Virus record (IMG/VR): IMGVR_UViG_3300023174_006147 | Span: 20,475-84,474 of that record | Strand: one strand, 5' to 3' | From: a virus | DNA: 64,000 bases | Shown here: positions 44,511-54,634 of the stretch, in pieces | Layout: every line of letters starts with the position of its first letter | Numbering within the stretch: the first letter of the stretch is position 1 | Translations under genes and position numbers: made by a program | The notes under the pieces: model-generated | Told to the model about the DNA's origin: nothing | The model's database searches: none | Seen by the model: the letters and a program-made list of their open reading frames with translations, nothing else

Positions 44511-45134
44511 TTACAATTTAGGCAGTCTACCCATCCGAGTAATTTCTTCATCAGTTCGTTTGCGCACTATAAATTCAATGGCACATTCTGATATTCCATG
44601 ACATGTTTGATCATATCGCCTAGTGCCGTAAATGAATGCCGAGTTAATTAATTCAATCTTTAAAATCTCAATCTTGTCTTTAAATTGATACAGAAATTCT
44701 AAAAGATTGATGCTTGAACGGCTCCAACTCTTATCTTTTATTATAGTCCAAGAAGTTTTGTGGTCTGCATTGGTTGTGCTTGGCCATATTCCTTGTTCAT
44801 ATAGATCCTCATCAGGAATAGTAGTAATTATGTGTCCACCTGGCTTGCATATTCTAATCCAATTATCAAATCCCTCGTAGGGATCATATAGATGCTCTAA
44901 ACAATGACTACTATGAACGAAGTCAAAAGAATTATCGGTCGCACTGGCCATTTTTTGAGCATCACCGTCTGGGAGATCCCATGTCTTTAGAGATGTCATT
45001 AATGGAAATTGATTTGCATATTTTGATATTGGATCATCTCCGCATCCAATATCAATGCCGTCGCCTACAAAATAGGTATTGACGAACCTGGCATCCTGCA
45101 GTCTACGAATAACTGCTTTAGATGTTTCTTTCAT
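44511..45134 (-). CDS. SAM-dependent methyltransferase
   Basis: DIGCG, FDFVHSSHCLEH, KPGG. Confidence 0.88.
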   Translation of the reverse strand: MKETSKAVIRRLQDARFVNTYFVGDGIDIGCGDDPISKYANQFPLMTSLKTWDLPDGDAQKMASATDNSFDFVHSSHCLEHLYDPYEGFDNWIRICKPGGHIITTIPDEDLYEQGIWPSTTNADHKTSWTIIKDKSWSRSSINLLEFLYQFKDKIEILKIELINSAFIYGTRRYDQTCHGISECAIEFIVRKRTDEEITRMGRLPKL

Positions 45135-45226
45135 ATTAAAAATTTCCTTTGGTTCTAGTATTTTTTATTTTTATTGGAGTTGGAATTAGCAGAGCTACTC
45201 TCACTTAATATTTCCATGTGCCTATT

Positions 45227-46063
45227 TCAAATATCAATATCTTGCTTATGATTTATGTACTCTCTAAGATCGGATAGTTGTGTGTTGTAATCAGGAATAA
45301 ATATATTCAATGTCTTTCGAGTATCAAGTAAAATTTTGTTTATATATTTTGTCCCTGAATTTTCTTCTATCGTTTTTTCTAACTGAAATATTTCATTAAT
45401 TTTTTTCAATAATTCATACTTGTTAATTGAAACTGACGGACAAGTTAAATGATATATGCCTGTTTCAACGGGATTATCAATATATTTCTCAATACATTTT
45501 GCCAATTGTAATGTTGTCATACCGTTCCACCATGCATTGGACCATCCTTGAATAGTATTAGATGAGTTATTAACTACCCAATTGAATAATCCAGTTCCTG
45601 ATTCATGTAATTCTGGACCAATGATACTCATTCTAAATGTAATATCTTTGCTGTTATTCAGTTCCCCATGGAGTTTAGATCGACTGTACGAATCAGTTCC
45701 ACTATGGTGTGCAGTGTCTTGTTCTGTATAAAAACCTCGATCTCCATTAAACACGCAGTCTGTTGAGAGATGTATAATTCGTGTGTATGACTCTTTTAAA
45801 ACATATTCTATATATCGTGGAAACCAACTATTGATCATTACTGCTCTATCTGGTCTATTACAGGAATCGGCTACCAATAATCCGATACAGTTGATTAAAA
45901 AATCTCCGCAATCATGATTGGCAAAATATTTGTTAACGGAATTAATATTTTCAACATCAATTTGTTGCCTAGTGACAGGCACCACATTGTGTCCCATATC
46001 TCTAAGATATTGAACTATCATATGCCCCGCCATACCAGTTGCACCCAGGACTGTTATTTTCAT
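45227..46063 (-). CDS. RmlD-like sugar nucleotide reductase
   Basis: GATGMAG, STDCVF, YSRSK. Confidence 0.85.
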   Translation of the reverse strand: MKITVLGATGMAGHMIVQYLRDMGHNVVPVTRQQIDVENINSVNKYFANHDCGDFLINCIGLLVADSCNRPDRAVMINSWFPRYIEYVLKESYTRIIHLSTDCVFNGDRGFYTEQDTAHHSGTDSYSRSKLHGELNNSKDITFRMSIIGPELHESGTGLFNWVVNNSSNTIQGWSNAWWNGMTTLQLAKCIEKYIDNPVETGIYHLTCPSVSINKYELLKKINEIFQLEKTIEENSGTKYINKILLDTRKTLNIFIPDYNTQLSDLREYINHKQDIDI

Positions 46064-47040
46064 ATAAAATTACCTCGAGTTAACATTTCCTTTAATTCAG
46101 CATTTGTTAAAAGAATTGTTTTTGATGTAAATTCATTAAATGTAAATTTTGGAAGATTACTGTATTTGTCCAATAGCGCGCCAGATGCGGTCGGTGGTAA
46201 AATTACAAAATAATTTTTATCATAACAATAGGTTAGGGGAGATTCATGCTTTGAAATTAAAATTTCATCTAACTTTTCACCAGGACGAATTCCTGTTTCT
46301 TTAATTTCTACATTGCCATAAACTTCCATTAATACTTTAGCCAGGTCTGTAATATAACATGCTGGCATATTCATGACAAACGTTTCGCCGCCGATACTAT
46401 TTTCTGCTGCTTTGAATAACAAAATTATAGCTTCTTGCAATGTTAAAAAGAACCGAGTCATGCATTTATCAGTAATGGTAATTGGTCCGCCATTTTTAAT
46501 TTGCTCAATAAAAAGAGGAATAACTGATCCACTAGACCCCATTACATTGCCTCCTCGAATACAAACAAATTTTGTATCTTCAGTAAGTGTGTTAGCGTGG
46601 ATTATAAGTTTTTCGCCTATTGATTTGGTCATTCCATAAAGATTGGCCGCTTCTACCGCTTTGTCGGAAGACACGTCGATTACTTTTTTTACCTTATTTT
46701 TAATTGCAGCTGTAATGATATTTTGAGTACCAACTAAATTGGTTTTAATAGCTTCTTGCGGATAGTCCTCGCAAATTGGCACATGTTTTAATGCAGCCAA
46801 ATGGAATATGTAATCTACTCCTATAGTATGTTGACTAACAGCTTCTTCGTCGCGAACGTCACCAATGACAAACTTTAATTTTGGATTATTAAAATGTCGT
46901 TTCATCAGAACCTGTTGTATTTCTCCTCTTGAAAAACAAATAATTTCTCGCACTTCGTAGCTAGCTAAAAGTAAATGAACCAATGTTTGACCCCAAGATC
47001 CAGTGGCACCACTTATAAATATTCTTGATCCGTTAAACAT
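46060..47040 (-). CDS. UDP-GlcNAc 4,6-dehydratase (CapD/PseB-like)
   Basis: GATGSWG, AALKHVP, SDKA, GNVMGSSGSV, RPGEK. Confidence 0.9.
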   Translation of the reverse strand: MFNGSRIFISGATGSWGQTLVHLLLASYEVREIICFSRGEIQQVLMKRHFNNPKLKFVIGDVRDEEAVSQHTIGVDYIFHLAALKHVPICEDYPQEAIKTNLVGTQNIITAAIKNKVKKVIDVSSDKAVEAANLYGMTKSIGEKLIIHANTLTEDTKFVCIRGGNVMGSSGSVIPLFIEQIKNGGPITITDKCMTRFFLTLQEAIILLFKAAENSIGGETFVMNMPACYITDLAKVLMEVYGNVEIKETGIRPGEKLDEILISKHESPLTYCYDKNYFVILPPTASGALLDKYSNLPKFTFNEFTSKTILLTNAELKEMLTRGNFI

Positions 47041-47596
47041 TGGTATTCTTTAAAATGTGTGCAATTTCATCTGTAGAATAGATTTTAATTGTCTTAAGAA
47101 ACTCAACGAATTCTTCATATGTTAAATTTTGAGATGTTGAGTCTAGGTCGATTTCAGAAAGCGGTGCCTTAAAAAAGGTAGTACCATATTCGTCGCCCAT
47201 TGGAAAAACTTCAAAATTTTCGTTTGTACAAATATGGTGCAAAATTTTATAAGAATCTGAACAAAATCTAGACTCAGTATGCATCTTTGATGGAGGAATC
47301 ATGTCATGCATAATAATCCATCGAGTAGCATGATGTACTGAATTATTAAAATCTCGCAGAGCATATTCATAGTCATGATTTGCATCTATGAAAATAATAT
47401 CAAATAGTTTTCCTGTTCCCTTGATAGACGAAAAATAATCATCGGTGGTTCCGGTGTATATTCCATTTCCGTTCATGTCAACTGACATTTTATTGATGCA
47501 TTGAATATTTCTAAAATTTTCGTTATGTGCAACGCCTAATTCTAAATAGGTGTAGTCGGCTATATTGTCTATTACGTTAATTATTTCGCAGGTCAT
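47033..47596 (-). CDS. Methyltransferase-like protein
   Basis: YLELG, FDIIFIDANH, HD. Confidence 0.75.
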   Translation of the reverse strand: MTCEIINVIDNIADYTYLELGVAHNENFRNIQCINKMSVDMNGNGIYTGTTDDYFSSIKGTGKLFDIIFIDANHDYEYALRDFNNSVHHATRWIIMHDMIPPSKMHTESRFCSDSYKILHHICTNENFEVFPMGDEYGTTFFKAPLSEIDLDSTSQNLTYEEFVEFLKTIKIYSTDEIAHILKNTNV

Positions 47597-47619
47597 ATAT
47601 TATCTCTTTTTAATATTAA

Positions 47620-48192
47620 CTATACTTGGTACGCACCTGAATGGTAGTACGGTAAAGCAATAATACCTAATTTTTCTACAATTTTGGTATTCTGTGCCAT
47701 TGCATAATTTGTGAATTCGTTCTCGATTGGATATTCTTTATCTACATTTCTATTGTACCTATCAAAAAACATTTTCCAGCAACGATATTTCATTGAAAAC
47801 AGGAATGTTCCTAAACTTGCGCCAGCGCCGTAAATATCAGTTGCATACTTGCAGTAAATGTCGTGAGATTGTTGCTGTACATTCTCTAAAAATATAGGTG
47901 ATGTGATTTTATATCGTAAAGTGGTCTTAATAATATCATCATCGTCATTTAACTTATGGTCAATAGTTTTTAAAAAGTTTTCAATCTGAGTAAATTCATT
48001 TACACCTTTATTAGATGAATGTCTAGTGGTATCAACATAATGTTCGCCTAGATAGTCAGTGCCATACGATTCGATAATATAGGGATTAATTTTATAGTGT
48101 TCAATAATTGAAGACAGTCCTTCCAGGTACTGAGTCTTTCGAGTTTCATAATTTTCTGGAAAGTTTGCAGAAGTTGAAAGTACATAGATCAT
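47620..48192 (-). CDS. Putative glycosyltransferase-like protein
   Basis: Cluster context; NKGVNE, KTTLRY. Confidence 0.5.
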   Translation of the reverse strand: MIYVLSTSANFPENYETRKTQYLEGLSSIIEHYKINPYIIESYGTDYLGEHYVDTTRHSSNKGVNEFTQIENFLKTIDHKLNDDDDIIKTTLRYKITSPIFLENVQQQSHDIYCKYATDIYGAGASLGTFLFSMKYRCWKMFFDRYNRNVDKEYPIENEFTNYAMAQNTKIVEKLGIIALPYYHSGAYQV

Positions 48193-48249
48193 TTATAATA
48201 TTCCATACTAGTTCTTATGGTTTCATTATTTCGGTGTTTGTGCATTTTA

Positions 48250-49104
48250 TTATCCTAGATCATGTTCTTGAAAATTGTTTACTGCATAATTGGCAGCAGT
48301 CATGATGCCTTTTTTTCCAGTATTTCCCAATGCATTTTTCAAAAATACAAGACTCATTGGTCCACATCGATCATACTGGTGAACTACCGGTATAATCTCA
48401 CCATTATCGTTTAGTAACTGGCCAGCCCGATTAAAAGTAAGTGTTTGGGAATGATGCATTGTGCAAATCGGGCCATCTGAATTGTGATTAATTCCAAAAT
48501 CTTTAAATATACTATTGTATACTAAATGATTATGAACTGGCTGATCTTCGCCTCCACTCAATTGTCTAAAGTCTTTGTTGAGCCTATCAATTTCCGAAAT
48601 CATTGCAGAAAAATATTCAATAATTCCATCACGGGTTCCCATGGTCGTGCCTGAACAAATAACATATTCGTCAGTAATTTGCTCAACCCTATCTCTGCCA
48701 TAAATTCCTGCTACCCAAGGAGAATTATGTGTACAGTTTTTAAATGTTTCTGGCTCTGCAAAAAATTCCAGAGAATGTTGAGGATATGAGATAAATGGAT
48801 CAGCTTGAAATACAAGATCCCTAACGTCTGCGATTAATATATTCTTTGAATCTGTGAAATGTTCCTCAACACATTCTTTATAAAATTCATATCTCTTAAC
48901 CTGACATGTTTGTCTGACAATGGGCTCAGATGGTATAAAAGAATACACTAAATTCTCTTCAAAGAATTTTTCCAACTCGGGAGTTAGAACATCGATTATC
49001 ATACAAATATCATCTTGATAATGCTGCCGTAACGATAGAATAAATGGCGTTATTTTTTCAACAGGATAGCCAAAAGAAGATCCTAATACTAAATTTTTAC
49101 TCAT
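48250..49104 (-). CDS. Putative glycosyltransferase
   Basis: DVRDLVFQADPF, CSGT, DQ, VHQYDR. Confidence 0.75.
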   Translation of the reverse strand: MSKNLVLGSSFGYPVEKITPFILSLRQHYQDDICMIIDVLTPELEKFFEENLVYSFIPSEPIVRQTCQVKRYEFYKECVEEHFTDSKNILIADVRDLVFQADPFISYPQHSLEFFAEPETFKNCTHNSPWVAGIYGRDRVEQITDEYVICSGTTMGTRDGIIEYFSAMISEIDRLNKDFRQLSGGEDQPVHNHLVYNSIFKDFGINHNSDGPICTMHHSQTLTFNRAGQLLNDNGEIIPVVHQYDRCGPMSLVFLKNALGNTGKKGIMTAANYAVNNFQEHDLG

Positions 49105-49113
49105 AATTTTCCT

Positions 49114-49935
49114 TTAAAAATAATGTCCGTTGGCTCTAGGAAACCAAACATCACCATAGCCGTGATCCGTTTTGATATTTTCGTAGTCAACTCGAACTTC
49201 ACACCAAAATGTTTTTCCAAGACCAATTGCAATACTCAATGGCATACTTTGATTGCCAATATACTGCTCACATCCTTGTATAACTCTGGCCATTTCTAAC
49301 ATATCGGATACCGATTTGTATTCAATATTACATTCATATAAAGAACAAAATGTGTCATGTTCTTTTCGAGTTCCAATAAAAACTGCCATGTCAATTAAAC
49401 TGTCTTCATTTATCCATGATACTAGTTGATTATTCTTTAATGGCATATTGAATGCTTCTCGTCTAATGTGCCTTGCGGTTCTATTAATAATAATAGGCTT
49501 TCCTGGAATTTTAATAGGTTCTACAGGAGTTAGCCAAGAATCAATTAATAATTCTTTGCGATTTTCATGAATATCTAATCCACATAGTGCAGCGTAACAC
49601 TGCGTTTGATTTCCATACCAGTTTTCAAGAATACCATCTCTACGAGCCCATAATTTATATTGATCTCTTAAGTCGTAATCAACTGGGCTATTATTCCAAA
49701 CATTAACTGACGATATATAATCTTGTTTTTCTAATAACGGCATTATAAAATCAATGTCAGATTGTGTATATCTTCCCTGATGATCTCCTCCGTCGCCTCC
49801 TCCCCACATTCTTCTTACTAATTTATCTATACCATTCAATTCAAGATAGAGATCGCCGCCTCCTAATAATTTTATAATATTAAGGGAATAAATCGTATCA
49901 CCAAAAGTTCCTGCGTGAAGAAAACTATTAGTCAT
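49114..49935 (-). CDS. GT9-like glycosyltransferase
   Basis: GTFGD, YIGNQS; paralog of 50859-51638. Confidence 0.65.
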   Translation of the reverse strand: MTNSFLHAGTFGDTIYSLNIIKLLGGGDLYLELNGIDKLVRRMWGGGDGGDHQGRYTQSDIDFIMPLLEKQDYISSVNVWNNSPVDYDLRDQYKLWARRDGILENWYGNQTQCYAALCGLDIHENRKELLIDSWLTPVEPIKIPGKPIIINRTARHIRREAFNMPLKNNQLVSWINEDSLIDMAVFIGTRKEHDTFCSLYECNIEYKSVSDMLEMARVIQGCEQYIGNQSMPLSIAIGLGKTFWCEVRVDYENIKTDHGYGDVWFPRANGHYF

Positions 49936-50719
49936 TTTCTATATTCCATAATTTAGGTATGCTATTATACAAATCTAGAATGTCAAAATAGGGATCTTTT
50001 CCAGACTCTTCCATAATATGAAATCCTATTCCGGGAATTGGACTAAACAACATTACATCTGGTTTTGTCCATACTAGATTAATTGACTTATTCTCTACAA
50101 AAGGAACGCGATTTATTGTCATCGTGGCAACATCTTGAAAGTGGTTACGGTAGGCATCGTATATTTTACGACTTGCTAGGCAAGTGTAGGTTGTATGTTC
50201 TACTGTTCGGTAGTGACGATAAGGACCTAACAGTAGAATACTATGGTAGATCTGATCAACGTATCTGTAAATGTCATCATGTGGATTAATTGCAATCATT
50301 TTGCCGGTATTAATTTCAAACTGGTCAACAGTATCAATCATATCTTGTATCGCACTAGGAACATGAAGATAATCATCTTCAATGTGGTACCAAAGATCAG
50401 TTGCATGTTGCTCAACTTGTTCATATACTCGATGCATTGTGTGACCATTGCCAGATCCGTCTTCTACAGGAATAAATTCTGTAGGAAATTTACATTTATT
50501 CAAGATTTCTTTAATATCAGAAATTGCCTCAGGATCACTATGATCGTCTAGTACTACTAGTTTTATTTCATGATCATGTACCTGATTGATACTATTGACC
50601 AAACTACTTATACAGGTATTAACTAATTCATGTTTTGAAACATTAATGTATCTACTATTGCCATTTACTGCAAAAATTCGTGTGCATGTTCTTGCCACGA
50701 TTAAAAGATTTCTACTCAC
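49928..50719 (-). CDS. GT-A fold glycosyltransferase
   Basis: LDDHS, IEDDY. Confidence 0.75.
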   Translation of the reverse strand: MSRNLLIVARTCTRIFAVNGNSRYINVSKHELVNTCISSLVNSINQVHDHEIKLVVLDDHSDPEAISDIKEILNKCKFPTEFIPVEDGSGNGHTMHRVYEQVEQHATDLWYHIEDDYLHVPSAIQDMIDTVDQFEINTGKMIAINPHDDIYRYVDQIYHSILLLGPYRHYRTVEHTTYTCLASRKIYDAYRNHFQDVATMTINRVPFVENKSINLVWTKPDVMLFSPIPGIGFHIMEESGKDPYFDILDLYNSIPKLWNIEND

Positions 50720-50858
50720 TTGAACTCCTATTTGTTGTATTTAAACATATTCCAACAAGATTGTCAAGAAAATGATTTCAAAAATGTTATTTGCTAAAAT
50801 TCATAGTATAATTAAAATATTGACATTTCAATCATTTTTGCGTATAATAGGGACATAA

Positions 50859-51638
50859 TTGGAGAATTTAATGAACAGTTATTGCCATAGTGGCACACTC
50901 GGAGATTTAATTTATGGATTGGCGATTGCCAAACATTTAGGAACTGGAAAGTTTTATTTAAAACTCAATAATGTTAATAATATAGGTATGAAATATTATG
51001 GCACAATGCCATCTTCATATCAACAGGGACGACACACCGTCGAAGATTTTGAATTTATTAAATCCTTTCTTGAAGAACAGGATTATATAAATTCCGCAGA
51101 AATTTATAATAATCAAGATGTATCTCACGACTTGGACCGATTTCGAGATTTGTTTTTATTCTGGAATGGTAATTATGTTGACTGTTATGCAGCAACATTT
51201 TCTGTGCCGTTTGATCAATGGCCAACTCTAAAAAATACTCCATGGCTAAAAACTACAAAAACAAAAATCATCGACGACAGGGACATCGTGATTAATAGAA
51301 CACCTAGATGGATTCCTGAGGCTGGTAGACAGAGTCAAGTTTGGAATCAATTAAAAGAACAAGATTTAGAAGAAAGAGCAGTTTTTATTGGTCTTTCTGA
51401 AGAACATAAACTTTTTCAACAAACTCTTGGCATCAATATTCCGCGTCATGAATGCAGGGATATGTTGGAGATGGCGGAAATCATAAATGGCTGTACGCAA
51501 TTTATTGGTAACCAAAGCGTTGCTCTTAGTATAGCAATTGGTCTTGGAAAAGATTACTTTATGGAATCTAGGCCAGATAAACATCTATATCAAAATGAGT
51601 GCTATTTTCACGGCAGAGATAATGCCGTTCATTTTTAA
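50859..51638 (+). CDS. GT9-like glycosyltransferase
   Basis: GTLGD, FIGNQS. Confidence 0.65.
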   Translation: MENLMNSYCHSGTLGDLIYGLAIAKHLGTGKFYLKLNNVNNIGMKYYGTMPSSYQQGRHTVEDFEFIKSFLEEQDYINSAEIYNNQDVSHDLDRFRDLFLFWNGNYVDCYAATFSVPFDQWPTLKNTPWLKTTKTKIIDDRDIVINRTPRWIPEAGRQSQVWNQLKEQDLEERAVFIGLSEEHKLFQQTLGINIPRHECRDMLEMAEIINGCTQFIGNQSVALSIAIGLGKDYFMESRPDKHLYQNECYFHGRDNAVHF

Positions 51639-51647
51639 GGATCAAGT

Positions 51648-52580
51648 ATGAAGAAAATATTAGTTACGGGCGGAGCAGGATTTTTAGGAAGCCATCTCTG
51701 CGAAAGATTGGTAAAAGAAGGACATCATGTACTTTGTGTAGATAATTATTTTACGGGAAGCAAGACTAATGTTCATCATCTTTTGTCTTATCCAAATTTT
51801 GAAATCTTAAGACAGGATGTATGTTTTCCACTTTATGTAGAAGTTGACGAGATATACAATCTGGCATGTCCTGCGAGTCCAAAGTATTATCAGCAAGATC
51901 CTATTCAAACTACAAAAACCAGTATCATAGGTGCCTACAATCTCCTAGGTTTGGCAAAGAGAACAGGTGCTAAAATTCTTCAGGCAAGTACTAGTGAAAT
52001 TTATGGAGATCCTGAAATTCATCCTCAACCTGAAGAGTATTGGGGGAATGTAAATCCAATTGGAATTCGTAGCTGCTATGACGAAGGCAAGCGCGCCGCC
52101 GAAACCTTGTTTTTTGATTATCATAGACAACACGGAGTCAGGATCAAGGTAATGAGAATTTTTAATACATATGGTCCTGCAATGGCAGCAGATGATGGTA
52201 GAGTTGTTAGTAACTTTATTGTCCAAGCGTTAAGGGGCGACAATATTACAATTTACGGAGACGGAACTCAAACACGCAGTTTCTGCTATGTGGATGATCT
52301 AATTGAGGGCATGTGCCGTTTAATGAATTCCGATGATTCAATAACGGGGCCAATTAATATTGGAAATCCAAATGAGTTCACCATTGAAGAACTGGCAGAA
52401 AATGTAATTAGATTGACGCAGTCAAAGAGCAAGGTGATTACAATGCCATTGCCAAAGGATGATCCTAAGCAAAGACAGCCTAATATTACAAAGGCAAAAG
52501 AACTATTAGGATGGGAACCGACTACCCAATTAGAGTTGGGACTAGAACGGACTATAGAATATTTTTCAAAGGTAATATAA
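51648..52580 (+). CDS. UDP-glucuronate decarboxylase (UDP-xylose synthase)
   Basis: [29 protein letters not shown]. Confidence 0.93.
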   Translation: MKKILVTGGAGFLGSHLCERLVKEGHHVLCVDNYFTGSKTNVHHLLSYPNFEILRQDVCFPLYVEVDEIYNLACPASPKYYQQDPIQTTKTSIIGAYNLLGLAKRTGAKILQASTSEIYGDPEIHPQPEEYWGNVNPIGIRSCYDEGKRAAETLFFDYHRQHGVRIKVMRIFNTYGPAMAADDGRVVSNFIVQALRGDNITIYGDGTQTRSFCYVDDLIEGMCRLMNSDDSITGPINIGNPNEFTIEELAENVIRLTQSKSKVITMPLPKDDPKQRQPNITKAKELLGWEPTTQLELGLERTIEYFSKVI

Positions 52581-52608
52581 AAATAGCCGGAAGTTTCCGG
52601 CTATTTTT
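52580..52608. terminator. Bidirectional terminator
   Basis: aaaatagccgga/tccggctatttt between convergent genes. Confidence 0.85.
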
Positions 52609-53260
52609 AAACTAATGGAAATAAATTTTTATCTACAAATTCATAAGCTTGTTCTTCCGTAAAACCTAGTGTTTGTAAAACTCTTGGAGTATGCGGATTC
52701 TTGCGTTGTTGCAAACAATAAAAGTTTTGTTCTTCTGTAAAATCAAGATCCGCAGTTTCAGGACGTAAATAATTGAGATAGTAATCTAGTGTTGCAAGAC
52801 CTACAGCAGAGAATTTTTCAAGTTCTTCAATACCAACTGCACCAATAGCAACTATGTCTTCACTGAAAATTGGTTTCGCCCATTCCGGTAATTCTCTGCG
52901 ACGATTCCATTCAAGATCAGCAGTTCGTATACGAAACCAATTACAAAGTGGTCCATTGCGATATACTGGGCTGAAATCATGAAAAGCGCCGCCTACTTTA
53001 TTTGGGCCAGAGACAATATCAAAACCATAAATTGGACTGCCATTTTCCACATGAGGGAATACGGTGACATGTAATAGCCAAAGCTTATGGGATTCTCTTG
53101 CATCTATAATAGAAACATGTGCCCTACGAAATGTATCCGACTTAAATACAAAATCGGATACATTGTTGTTAGGTGATATTTCAACAGAATCAGCAGCCTT
53201 GTTTAATCGTTTAACAATCTCGTCTGCTGTTTTTTCGCATTTTTCAAATATCAAAGACAT
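52607..53260 (-). CDS. Ferredoxin-dependent bilin reductase (PcyX/PcyA-like)
   Basis: LHVTVFP, PIYGFD, FHDFSP, RELPEWA..IFS, QRKNPHT. Confidence 0.85.
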   Translation of the reverse strand: MSLIFEKCEKTADEIVKRLNKAADSVEISPNNNVSDFVFKSDTFRRAHVSIIDARESHKLWLLHVTVFPHVENGSPIYGFDIVSGPNKVGGAFHDFSPVYRNGPLCNWFRIRTADLEWNRRRELPEWAKPIFSEDIVAIGAVGIEELEKFSAVGLATLDYYLNYLRPETADLDFTEEQNFYCLQQRKNPHTPRVLQTLGFTEEQAYEFVDKNLFPLV

Positions 53261-53780
53261 TATCGTATTCGTTCATGATTCGAATTGCCCAGTTAAATGC
53301 ACAAATGGCCTCGTCGCCTAGGCTATCATTTAATTTTGCACGAAGTCCTGCTCTAAGCCAATCAACTCTATCAAACTCTAAACTACGATGTGGAGAATCG
53401 ATCAACTTCTTGATCATCTGGCCACCATATAGGTCACCCATATGCCATGTATAAAGATGAGCAAGAATTTTATCAGGTGACAAATCTAATAAGTACTGTC
53501 TATATTCAACAACAGTGGAAAGAACTCTAGTATCAACGGTTACTCGATTTGAAATGTCCTTGAAATCTTCATAAAGCCAGTATGCACGATCAATGCCCTG
53601 CATATCTTTGAGATATCCAAATGCATGACACTTAGATTCAATTGCTCCATAAAAAATCATTCTGTTGTAGGTCCAGTTTCCCCAAACTTCAAGAGGCATT
53701 TTGCCTGCAAATACCGCCCGCATGAAGGCAGTAGATTCTGCTTCTGTATGTTTATCTCGGGTTATTTCCTTGAGACTCAT
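53244..53780 (-). CDS. Heme oxygenase (HemO-like)
   Basis: T..KHTEAE, HLYTWHMGDLYGGQ, EA..AF. Confidence 0.9.
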   Translation of the reverse strand: MSLKEITRDKHTEAESTAFMRAVFAGKMPLEVWGNWTYNRMIFYGAIESKCHAFGYLKDMQGIDRAYWLYEDFKDISNRVTVDTRVLSTVVEYRQYLLDLSPDKILAHLYTWHMGDLYGGQMIKKLIDSPHRSLEFDRVDWLRAGLRAKLNDSLGDEAICAFNWAIRIMNEYDNVFDI

Positions 53781-54079
53781 TCAGACTCTACCTTGACAAC
53801 TAGCGGATAACCATTCTGTCTGGCAAAATTTGTAGTTTCCATGCCTTTTTGTTCTGCAATTTCGTATGCATATACTCCAGCCACCGCTTTGCCCTCATTA
53901 TGAATCTTCATAGTTAGAGTTTCTGCTACCGATTCAGAATGTCTAAAAATCTTCATCAATACTGCTATTACAAAGTCCATTGGTGTAGAATCATCATTAT
54001 AAAAAACTACCTTGAATTTGTCAGGAGCATGTGAAGTGATTTTAGTGGTATCTTTGATTTTGGTAATGGTATCTGCCAT
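53777..54079 (-). CDS. clpS: ClpS adaptor
   Basis: NDDSTPMDFV, IHNEG, EIAE. Confidence 0.92.
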   Translation of the reverse strand: MADTITKIKDTTKITSHAPDKFKVVFYNDDSTPMDFVIAVLMKIFRHSESVAETLTMKIHNEGKAVAGVYAYEIAEQKGMETTNFARQNGYPLVVKVESE

Positions 54080-54142
54080 GATGAATCCTATCTGTTATCT
54101 ATATATTTAATAGTGTGGAAGAATTCTTCCACACTATATGAA

Positions 54143-54568
54143 TTACTTAATATCAATTTTCTTTGGCAACATAGCCTCAGGAACATTACGTACTAGACTG
54201 ATCTTCAGAAGTCCGTTTTCAATCTGTGCATCAGTGACTTCTAGGAAATTCGTAAGTCTAAAATATCGCTCAAAATTTCTAAAAGCAAGACCTCGATAAA
54301 TGTACTCTGCGGTATTGTCGAACGTTTTAGTACCTGTAACAATCAAATGACTGTCTTGGACTGTAAGCTCAATTTCCTCTCGTGCAAATCCAGCAACTGC
54401 TAGTTCAATTTCATAATGATCTTCATCAACCTTGATGACATTATGCGGAGGATAATTATTTTGAATTTGATTAGCAAATCGACTTTCGAAATCATTAAAG
54501 ATTTGGTCAATTCCTACAAGGGTGCGACTTAGCGCACTAGTATCAAAACGAATTACATCGCGACTCAT
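54143..54568 (-). CDS. Small heat shock protein (IbpA-like)
   Basis: YPPHN, IELAVAGF, RNFERYF, NGLL; start at MSRDV. Confidence 0.92.
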   Translation of the reverse strand: MSRDVIRFDTSALSRTLVGIDQIFNDFESRFANQIQNNYPPHNVIKVDEDHYEIELAVAGFAREEIELTVQDSHLIVTGTKTFDNTAEYIYRGLAFRNFERYFRLTNFLEVTDAQIENGLLKISLVRNVPEAMLPKKIDIK

Positions 54569-54624
54569 ATTTTTCTCCTTAAAAAGCAAGATATGTGCGT
54601 GGCCCATTAGGCACCACGCACATA
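54569..54624 (-). promoter_or_regulatory. ROSE-like RNA thermometer
   Basis: Upstream hairpin, then CTTGCTT pairing with AAGGAG. Confidence 0.7.
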
Positions 54625-54634
54625 TTATATAGAA

